64,000 bases of DNA from a phage, in the sequence record PX969468.1; one strand, 5' to 3'. Of the stretch, positions 9,258-15,507 are shown in pieces. Made by a program: the position numbers and the translations under genes. Every line of letters begins with the position of its first letter. Position 1 is the stretch's first letter. The notes under the pieces are model-generated. The model worked only from the letters and a program-made list of their open reading frames with translations, made no database searches and was not told where the DNA came from.

Positions 9258-9668
9258 ATGTCTAAAATGCTATATATCGTGCGTGGTCTACCAGGGTCTG
9301 GCAAATCAACACTGGCAAATGCGCTATCTTTAGAAGGTCTGTATCCACATTTTGAGAACGATATGTTCTGGTACGACGATGACGGCAATTACAATTGGGA
9401 TGCAAGTAAAGTAACACTTGCAGCAAAATGGTGCAAAGATAACGTAGAAGATATGATGCGTATGGGCTACGACCGTATCGTGGTAAGTAATACGTTTACA
9501 AAAGAAAAATATGTGCAAGAATATATTGACATGGCGATCAGTCATGGATATAGTTATACCGTGATCGTGGTTGAAAACCGCCATGGTAATAAAAGCATTC
9601 ATGATGTTCCAGACAGGGTTGTGGATCGTATGGAACGCCAGCTTAAAAACTGCATTAAACTTAAATGA
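9258..9668 (+). CDS. P-loop kinase, polynucleotide kinase-like
   Basis: 136 codons; Walker A GLPGSGKST near N-terminus; GGAG RBS 7 nt upstream; the track ORF starts upstream but the Met at 9258 has the RBS. Confidence 0.55.
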   Translation: MSKMLYIVRGLPGSGKSTLANALSLEGLYPHFENDMFWYDDDGNYNWDASKVTLAAKWCKDNVEDMMRMGYDRIVVSNTFTKEKYVQEYIDMAISHGYSYTVIVVENRHGNKSIHDVPDRVVDRMERQLKNCIKLK

Positions 9669-9675
9669 GGAATGT

Positions 9676-10230
9676 ATGAAATACTTTGTAACAAGCGACA
9701 CACACTTTCTCCACCAGCGGGTAATGGAGTTCGACTCATGTCAAAAACACAGATCTCAGTATGATCACAATCTTGACAGTATGAATGCGGGAATCATCAC
9801 CAAGTGGAACTCTGTTGTGTCACCTGCAGACACTGTGTTTCACTTGGGGGATATTGCGTGCACTAATGATAAGAATATCAACAAATTGCTTCCAGATGTT
9901 CTAAATATGTTGAACGGACATATTATTCTTGTTCGTGGTAACCATGACACAAGGACGACTGTCAGAATTATGAAAGAGTTCGGTCATGAGGTTGTAGATT
10001 ATTACGAGCTTCGCCACAACAAGAATTTGATCTGTATGAGCCATTACCAGTTTGCAAAGTGGAACAGAAAGCCTCACGGATCAGTCCAACTGTTCGGTCA
10101 TGCTCACGGAACCACACAGCAGTTGTTTGGCAGGCAGTTTGATGTCGGTTGGGATGTGTGGGGGAGACTCTTACCATTAGAAGAGGCATACCGTATTGCA
10201 ATGAGTCTTGCTATTGACAGCGGGGAGTAA
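9676..10230 (+). CDS. calcineurin-like metallophosphoesterase
   Basis: 184 codons; SDTHF, GDI, GNHD and GHAH motifs in canonical order. Confidence 0.6.
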   Translation: MKYFVTSDTHFLHQRVMEFDSCQKHRSQYDHNLDSMNAGIITKWNSVVSPADTVFHLGDIACTNDKNINKLLPDVLNMLNGHIILVRGNHDTRTTVRIMKEFGHEVVDYYELRHNKNLICMSHYQFAKWNRKPHGSVQLFGHAHGTTQQLFGRQFDVGWDVWGRLLPLEEAYRIAMSLAIDSGE

Positions 10231-10277
10231 TCCCTGCTATTTTAAAGAAAATTGCCACACAAGGAGAATCAGGAGAT

Positions 10278-10628
10278 ATGAAAGATGAGGATAAGCTGCT
10301 ATATCTTAAAGTCCCCCTTGAAATACTGTCTATGTCAAAAGTTTTGAATGGCACAACTGGGGAGGTTGTTGTTCTTGACTTATATGACAAGATCGTATAC
10401 TGCTACCTGCACAACTGGTATAAGCTTGGAGAAAATTCACGCTTCACACCCAGCACCAGGAAAATTGCAGCAGATGTTGGGATAAAGAAAACAAAAGCAG
10501 CAGCGTGCGTTAAAACTTTAGAATGTGCAGGAGTGGTTGAAATATCCACACAAGGGAGAGGTAAAAGATGCACATTTTCCAAAGTTTTGCCACCAGAAGA
10601 AGTTATTCGAATGTCAACAACTGGTTAG
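10278..10628 (+). CDS. putative DNA-binding protein (winged-helix/HTH-like)
   Basis: 116 codons; segment TRKIAADVGIKKTKAAACVKTLECAGVVEI has helix-turn-helix character; GGAG RBS. Confidence 0.35.
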   Translation: MKDEDKLLYLKVPLEILSMSKVLNGTTGEVVVLDLYDKIVYCYLHNWYKLGENSRFTPSTRKIAADVGIKKTKAAACVKTLECAGVVEISTQGRGKRCTFSKVLPPEEVIRMSTTG

Positions 10629-10702
10629 ACCAGTAAAAACTTAAACATCTGTACTATAAGGATTTGTATGTTTTATGTTCACTCTGGAGCAGAAGTTAGT
10701 AA

Positions 10703-10783
10703 CTGTCCGTGATACGGACACTACTGTCCGTCACGCGGACACATCTGCCCGTAATACGGACACTAACTGTCCGTGATACGGAC
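10703..10783. repeat. four tandem 17-bp palindromic sites TGTCCGT-N3-ACGGACA spaced 21-22 bp apart
   Basis: copies at 10703, 10724, 10745, 10767; first and fourth are perfect palindromes, second and third have 1-2 substitutions. Confidence 0.85.
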
Positions 10784-10826
10784 ACATAAAGAATATAACT
10801 AAAATAACTAAATAATAAAAAATAAA

Positions 10827-10886
10827 AGATCTAGTACTTATGGTACTAAAGTACATATACTTAACTTATGTAGAATATACTAGATC
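10827..10886. repeat. AT-rich region with inverted repeat GATCTAGTA...TACTAGATC containing two GATC sites
   Basis: 9-bp arms about 40 bp apart read directly; internal GTAC-rich palindromic segments. Confidence 0.7.
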
Positions 10887-10919
10887 CTAAGTACCATGTT
10901 TTAAATTTATTACTTATTA

Positions 10920-11285
10920 TGGGTAGTGTCGGCCCTTCATTGGCACTCGCCTACGAGGGGCGAGATGCCGGGCCTCCATAGTGCACACAATAACAGAAGT
11001 GCATACATGCAGGACTGTTAACATGTGTGGGAACGAAGCGATAGCGCAGGCCAAAGGCCGAGCACTAATGTGGACCACCGACGAAAGCTTGCCAGCGCCG
11101 GAAGGAGTCGGTTGAGAGCCTCCCGCGCGAGTTCGGATAAAGTTTATGTGTGGAAACTGACAAGAAGGACCCTAAATCGCTCCACAGCTATATAAACTAT
11201 ACCAAGTAAGGCAATCGCACCAGTTTGATAGAAAAGCTCGTTACAAAGCGATACAGTGAGTTTTTCTATAACTTGAAGAGGAGGC
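10920..11285 (+). other. GC-rich structured noncoding segment (candidate ncRNA)
   Basis: no ORF of 60 codons or more on either strand across 10629..11289; nested complementary stems such as GGCCC...GGGCC, CGCC...GGCG, GGCC-AAA-GGCC, GGAG...CTCC. Confidence 0.3.
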
Positions 11286-11289
11286 TGCT

Positions 11290-11868
11290 ATGAGTTCACG
11301 CAAAGATGCCAGTGAAAAGATTGCAAAACGTTATCAGAATGAAGAACAGATGGAGAAAACTTTCAAGTGGAAGCCAGGTTTCCAGCGTAATCATTCTAAC
11401 GCTCGTGATCGTAAGCATCCTGATAAGTGGCTAACACCGCCAAATGATGGCATGCAGGTTGGTGATGAGAAGGAGCTATCACCTGGAAAAGATGGCAACT
11501 ACATTCGCACTAAGGACGCTAGTCCAAAGGATGACAGCTATCTTGTAGATAAGGTTCTTAATGGTATTGATGTAGATGTTGACACTACACGGAACTTTTT
11601 TCTTGGGTGGTATCGCACAGGTTTTTTCGACATCAAGGCCATTCGTCGTGTTTGTGATATTAAAAAGTCTGCATATGATGACGACTCGTTACATCGCACA
11701 CTGAGACAATATTCAGAAAGATATGGTCATCCGGTTATCACTCTTGACGATGTTAACGAAGTGATGTATCATGCAGAGGTTGTTGCAGGCAGATTTGGTG
11801 ATGCATATCTTGATATCCTTTCTGCAAACGATGAGGTAATGTTGAATAAGATTTACTACGAACGTTGA
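11290..11868 (+). CDS. hypothetical protein
   Basis: 192 codons; strong RBS GAGGAGG; N-terminal half charged/low complexity. Confidence 0.5.
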   Translation: MSSRKDASEKIAKRYQNEEQMEKTFKWKPGFQRNHSNARDRKHPDKWLTPPNDGMQVGDEKELSPGKDGNYIRTKDASPKDDSYLVDKVLNGIDVDVDTTRNFFLGWYRTGFFDIKAIRRVCDIKKSAYDDDSLHRTLRQYSERYGHPVITLDDVNEVMYHAEVVAGRFGDAYLDILSANDEVMLNKIYYER

Positions 11869-11878
11869 GGAGAGCTTA

Positions 11879-12067
11879 ATGAACAATCCGGTAGCAAAGA
11901 ATTGTAATAAGTTCAACAAGTCTGCAATTCACACTGACAGGAAAAAGAGCTGGTCACCGGACATTGACGAGGAGCTGGAGAATTACTTTGAAGATCTGGT
12001 TACCAATGCAGGCGAGGTTGCGATTAAAGAATACGCAGACAGGAGGGATAAGGCCGGAATCTGTTGA
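11879..12067 (+). CDS. hypothetical small protein
   Basis: 62 codons; RBS GAGGAG upstream. Confidence 0.4.
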   Translation: MNNPVAKNCNKFNKSAIHTDRKKSWSPDIDEELENYFEDLVTNAGEVAIKEYADRRDKAGIC

Positions 12068-12092
12068 CAAAAATAATGTTACCTGATAAGAT
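12064..12092 (+). promoter_or_regulatory. sigma70-like promoter TTGACA-17-TAAGAT with TG extension
   Basis: read directly; precedes 12144 gene. Confidence 0.5.
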
Positions 12093-12143
12093 CTGCAATA
12101 TGATGTGATACAATTTTAACTTACGAGGTCTACAGGTAATGCT

Positions 12144-12386
12144 ATGTTTAAGGTTAAGCTCGTTTTCCGTTCCATGAATGAGGATTATTTAGAAGATGAA
12201 GGTGAATTTCGTGCACTAGATGATGCAATAGATTTTGCCAACGACTTAGCTTGTATGAATACGGGTTATGGTTTATGTTGTTGGGATGGTGGTGTTCAGA
12301 TTGGTGATAGCAAGATCTTCTACTTCTACCCTGAGCCCGATAACAAACAAATTAAGTATGTTTTATTTATTTGTGCTTTACAATGA
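12144..12386 (+). CDS. hypothetical small protein
   Basis: 80 codons; weak RBS. Confidence 0.35.
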   Translation: MFKVKLVFRSMNEDYLEDEGEFRALDDAIDFANDLACMNTGYGLCCWDGGVQIGDSKIFYFYPEPDNKQIKYVLFICALQ

Positions 12387-12674
12387 GGTTGTTTTCGTGT
12401 ATCATGATGAATATCCAATTTAAAGATGAGTTTGATGGCTTTATCTCCGGATGCTTTGAAACAGGGTTCGGAGAAGGCTGAGTTACCCTTAGAGGGCTTG
12501 ATAGTGCACCACACTTAAAATGGTAGGGGCAGCCAGCACATGACGATGTGACCCCAGCCAACCTGTAATAAGGTCGAGCCAGAGCGCGGTAATGGGTATC
12601 TGGTAACCCACTCGTTGGGTCTTGTTGGTCCAGGACGCTGGGCAAGTCGCAGGGAACACCACCCTGCGGCGAAC
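12387..12674 (+). other. GC-rich noncoding segment with a 26-codon mini-ORF and stable stems (candidate leader or sRNA)
   Basis: overlapping ORFs on both strands indicate absence of stops rather than coding; lies between a gene end and a consensus promoter. Confidence 0.25.
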
Positions 12675-12703
12675 TTGACAATCAGTATTTGCCGTGATAA
12701 AAT
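12675..12703 (+). promoter_or_regulatory. sigma70-like promoter TTGACA-17-TAAAAT with TG extension
   Basis: perfect -35, 17-nt spacer, near-consensus -10; 29 nt upstream of GGAGG RBS and ATG at 12732. Confidence 0.6.
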
Positions 12704-12731
12704 CCACCTATCACGTGATAATGGAGGAAAC

Positions 12732-13070
12732 ATGGCGGATACAACTAAAAAGCGTCGCCGTAGAGGCAGACCTCTGAAAGAGGAGTCCAACGCCATTCAG
12801 CTAGAGAAGAACATTCTTGATATGAAGGAATCTTTTATAGCGATGGTTCCAGAAGCTCACAAAGTTTTAAGAGAGCTGATGTTGGATCCGAAAACCAAGC
12901 AAAATATTCGTCAAAGCATTGCAGAGTATGTCCTTGATAAGGCAGACCGAATGCAGGAAGAATATGATGAGATGTTTGGTGAAGAGGAAGAGGTGGTAGT
13001 AGAAGAGGCTGAAAAACCAGCACCTTTTATGCCATTTACCACAGAGATACAGCCTGTTGGCAATAGTTAA
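12732..13070 (+). CDS. small AT-hook-like DNA-binding protein with acidic C-terminal tail
   Basis: 112 codons from the Met with GGAGG RBS; KKRRRRGRPLKEE (RGRP core) near N-terminus; C-terminus EEYDEMFGEEEEVVVEEAEK. Confidence 0.5.
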   Translation: MADTTKKRRRRGRPLKEESNAIQLEKNILDMKESFIAMVPEAHKVLRELMLDPKTKQNIRQSIAEYVLDKADRMQEEYDEMFGEEEEVVVEEAEKPAPFMPFTTEIQPVGNS

Positions 13071-13079
13071 AATATTTTC

Positions 13080-13108
13080 TTGACAAACTTTGCTTAACAG
13101 TGTAATAT
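13080..13108 (+). promoter_or_regulatory. sigma70-like promoter TTGACA-17-TAATAT upstream of tRNA cluster
   Basis: read directly; first tRNA begins about 60 nt downstream. Confidence 0.55.
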
Positions 13109-13166
13109 TATAAACATGGTCTCCCACCTTTTCTGGCGGCTCAGGTGTAAAAGAAAGCCACCCAGT

Positions 13167-13241
13167 GCCCTGTTAGCTTAGTGGATAAAGCAGCGGCCTT
13201 CTAAGCCGTTGACACTGGTTCGAGTCCAGTACGGGGTGCCA
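13167..13241 (+). tRNA. tRNA-Arg (anticodon TCT)
   Basis: hand-folded cloverleaf: acceptor GCCCTGT/ACGGGGT (two G-U), D-arm GCTT/AAGC, anticodon loop CTTCTAA, T-arm ACTGG-TTCGAGT-CCAGT, encoded CCA. Confidence 0.6.
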
Positions 13242-13245
13242 AATT

Positions 13246-13332
13246 GGGGAGTTATCCCGTAGAGGTAGCGGTGTAGACTGTAAATCTATTGTCATTGCGA
13301 CTCGGGTGGTTCGACTCCACCACTCCCCACCA
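13246..13332 (+). tRNA. tRNA-Tyr (anticodon GTA), long variable arm
   Basis: acceptor GGGGAGT/ACTCCCC, anticodon stem GTAGA/TCTAT with loop CTGTAAA, T-arm GGTGG-TTCGACT-CCACC, encoded CCA. Confidence 0.6.
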
Positions 13333-13446
13333 AATTTATATTTTTAAATGCATAAATCATACAGATAATGACATTGATATTTATCGTCGTTTATACTAGT
13401 CACTAACTGCTCGAAAATCAGTGTCATTATCAGTGTAATTTATAAA

Positions 13447-13537
13447 GGAGGGTAGGGAGCAATGGTGCTCAAGCGGTCTTGAAAACCGTCCCGTTGAGGA
13501 TGACTCGATGATGGTTCGATTCCATTACTCTCCGCCA
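13447..13537 (+). tRNA. tRNA-Ser (anticodon TGA), long variable arm
   Basis: acceptor GGAGGGT/ACTCTCC, anticodon stem-loop GCGGT-CTTGAAA-ACCGT, T-loop TTCGATT, encoded CCA. Confidence 0.55.
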
Positions 13538-13635
13538 CATTGTTGACCTTGTAATTAAGCGAAAGCCGGAAGCAGAACCGGATTATCAAATGTTACAGTC
13601 GTCATCGCCGACTAGCCACATGGTCAACATATTGC

Positions 13636-13735
13636 GCTAGGTAAGCCCTTTGGCAAGGGCGAGGATTTTTAATCCTGAAAATAGACGAGGTAGTCGTTGA
13701 ATACATAGGTGGTTCGATTCCATCACCTAGCACCT
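13636..13735 (+). pseudogene. atypical tRNA-like element (Lys-TTT-like 5' half, ~30-nt insert, no encoded CCA)
   Basis: perfect 7-bp acceptor GCTAGGT/ACCTAGC, D-arm GCCC/GGGC, anticodon-like loop TTTTTAA, T-arm GGTGG-TTCGATT-CCATC, but about 30 nt between anticodon arm and T-arm and CCT instead of CCA. Confidence 0.3.
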
Positions 13736-13738
13736 TTT

Positions 13739-13814
13739 GCTGATGTAGCACAATTGGCAGTGCAATTGATTTGTAATCAATAGGTTGCAGGTTCAAGTCC
13801 TGCCATCAGCACCA
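13739..13814 (+). tRNA. tRNA-Thr (anticodon TGT)
   Basis: perfect acceptor GCTGATG/CATCAGC, D-arm GCAC/GTGC, anticodon stem ATTGA/TCAAT loop TTTGTAA, T-arm GCAGG-TTCAAGT-CCTGC, encoded CCA. Confidence 0.7.
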
Positions 13815-13815
13815 T

Positions 13816-13890
13816 GGCCCTGTAGCTGGAAGGTTCAAGCAAGCGACTCATAATCGCCAGACGGTGGTTCAATTCCACCCAGGGCCACCA
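13816..13890 (+). tRNA. tRNA-Met or Ile2 (anticodon CAT)
   Basis: perfect acceptor GGCCCTG/CAGGGCC, anticodon loop CTCATAA, T-arm GGTGG-TTCAATT-CCACC, encoded CCA. Confidence 0.6.
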
Positions 13891-13901
13891 AATAATAAAT
13901 A

Positions 13902-13978
13902 CTCCGCGTAGCTCAGCTTGGTAGAGCGCCTGATTTGGGATCAGGAGGTCGAGTGTTCGAATCACTCCGTGGAGACCA
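13902..13978 (+). tRNA. tRNA-Pro (anticodon TGG)
   Basis: acceptor CTCCGCG/CGTGGAG, canonical D-arm GCTC-AGCTTGGTA-GAGC, anticodon stem CCTGA/TCAGG loop TTTGGGA, T-arm GAGTG-TTCGAAT-CACTC, encoded CCA. Confidence 0.7.
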
Positions 13979-14024
13979 CCTTTAGTTATACTTTAAATAT
14001 ATACACACAAAAGGAACCTTTAAA

Positions 14025-14294
14025 ATGTATACACTTAAAATTGTAGAACGTGTAAATCCAACCCATACTTTAGATCTTCGTGACGATTTCAACCCTCTTG
14101 CTGTAAATCTTCGAGAGTCGTATCATGAACTAAGCTGCGATGCAGTTGTGGTCTTCTTTGAAGACAACTCTGAAGGGGCAGTAGCTTGTGTTGTTGATAG
14201 CGAGCAGAAGTTTTATATTTACAGAGATGTGGATGCTTACTTGATGAATGAGAATGCGGTTACTGTCAGAATCATCCACCGAGTGCCTCGATAA
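14025..14294 (+). CDS. hypothetical protein
   Basis: 89 codons; followed by terminator. Confidence 0.45.
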   Translation: MYTLKIVERVNPTHTLDLRDDFNPLAVNLRESYHELSCDAVVVFFEDNSEGAVACVVDSEQKFYIYRDVDAYLMNENAVTVRIIHRVPR

Positions 14295-14347
14295 GTATTA
14301 GTCTCCTTTTAGTTAGTTTCGATCTATTTAGGTTACTCAATTTTAAC

Positions 14348-14383
14348 CCGCCCCGTTAGCTGTATAGCTGCGGGGTTTTTTCG
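14348..14383 (+). terminator. rho-independent terminator
   Basis: stem CCCCG/CGGGG enclosing a palindromic loop, followed by TTTTTT. Confidence 0.55.
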
Positions 14384-14399
14384 TTTCTGGAGCCTTAAA

Positions 14400-14798
14400 A
14401 TGATTTCAGTCTTAACATTGATGAGTAAATACAGAGGGATCATAAAAGGTTTAGTTTTTGCAGCGGCTATAGGCATGGCTTATCTTGGGGCCGTGTATTG
14501 GTTTAACTCTAAGCTCAATGATGCTTATCAGGAAGGTGTGTCAGCAACAGAGTTAAAGTGGGAACGGATCCTTGACCAACAACAAAAGCAGGCCGACAAA
14601 ATTAAAATGGGCCACGCAGAGGAGGTTAAAAACCTTGAAAAATCTCTTTCTGATCTACAGGATAAATTAAATATGGCTGAGAAGGCAGGTAAAGAAAAGC
14701 AGATTATCTACCTCCAATCTCCTGAAGGTAAGAAGTCAACACTTCCTGATCAGCTAATAGATATTTATAATGAGAGTATCAATCAGGAGGTTCGATGA
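14400..14798 (+). CDS. i-spanin (Rz-like inner-membrane spanin)
   Basis: 132 codons; N-terminal TM segment GLVFAAAIGMAYLGAVYWF then coiled-coil-like periplasmic domain; stop overlaps start of next gene. Confidence 0.6.
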   Translation: MISVLTLMSKYRGIIKGLVFAAAIGMAYLGAVYWFNSKLNDAYQEGVSATELKWERILDQQQKQADKIKMGHAEEVKNLEKSLSDLQDKLNMAEKAGKEKQIIYLQSPEGKKSTLPDQLIDIYNESINQEVR

Positions 14799-15082
14799 GA
14801 GTTACTGCACTGGTTGTTTTGTGCTTGTTATTGTGTGGGTGTGCAACCAGCGTTGAGAGAGAATACAAGATTGACCCTCCGGATGTAGGAAGGTTGATTG
14901 TTAAACCTCCCGAGGGTGCTATGAAACCACCTGCTAAAGCTATCCCTTTGAAGAAAGGTGCGCCAGATGCGGTGAATTCTGGCATTATGAGGGATAATAA
15001 CCTGTCTTGTAGTAATGATAGAGCTAAATTGATCATTTTGCAAGACTATATAAGAACACTGTTTCCAAAGGAGAGAGGTTAA
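14795..15082 (+). CDS. o-spanin (Rz1-like outer-membrane lipoprotein)
   Basis: 95 codons; signal peptide with lipobox L-C-G-C, proline-rich mature part. Confidence 0.6.
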   Translation: MRVTALVVLCLLLCGCATSVEREYKIDPPDVGRLIVKPPEGAMKPPAKAIPLKKGAPDAVNSGIMRDNNLSCSNDRAKLIILQDYIRTLFPKERG

Positions 15083-15507
15083 TGTCTAAGATTTACGGAC
15101 CGTGTTCTGAAAAGCAGAAGATGATCCTAGAGAACGATGCAGATATTTTGGTGATCGGAGGTGCAGCTGGGTCTGGAAAGTCGTTCCTCTTGCAGCTAAT
15201 GCCACTTAAAATTATTGATGACCCACACAGCTCTGTGGTTATGTTCCGAAGAACAACTCCACAGTTGGAAGGTGAGGGTGGGCTATGGCCTAAAGCAGTA
15301 GCTATTTACAGTGATCTGCCTGAAAACATTAAACCAAAGTTCAGAGAGAAGGATCATAAGTTTATTTTTCCACGGTTTGATCCGAGCACTGGCAAGTGGG
15401 ACAGGAGCAAAAAAGGGGCCGTTGTAAAATACTGCCACATGGAGTATGTCCAAGATAAGCTTAACCATCAAGGCCTTGAGTACACCATGGTTTGCTTCGA
15501 TGAGGGT
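15082..15507 (+). CDS. terminase large subunit, exon 1 (ATPase domain)
   Basis: Walker A GGAAGSGKS and Walker B VCFDEG; reading frame stops at TAA immediately after DEG. Confidence 0.65.

Noticed and set aside
9165-10260. Shared decamer TGCCACACAA upstream of the RNA ligase/kinase divergent region and upstream of the HTH-like gene
   Set aside because: Only two occurrences were seen, which is insufficient to call a regulatory motif without a genome-wide count.
12326-12796. Four overlapping minus-strand ORFs (62-104 codons) across the GC-rich segment
   Set aside because: They overlap each other in different frames and overlap a consensus promoter and the plus-strand gene start; this is what stop-poor GC-rich noncoding DNA looks like, so they are not called as genes.
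13167-13978. tRNA cluster as an integration (att) site of a temperate element
   Set aside because: No integrase, excisionase or repressor-like genes in the window; the content (ligases, RNA repair, homing endonucleases, large structural region) looks like a virulent phage.
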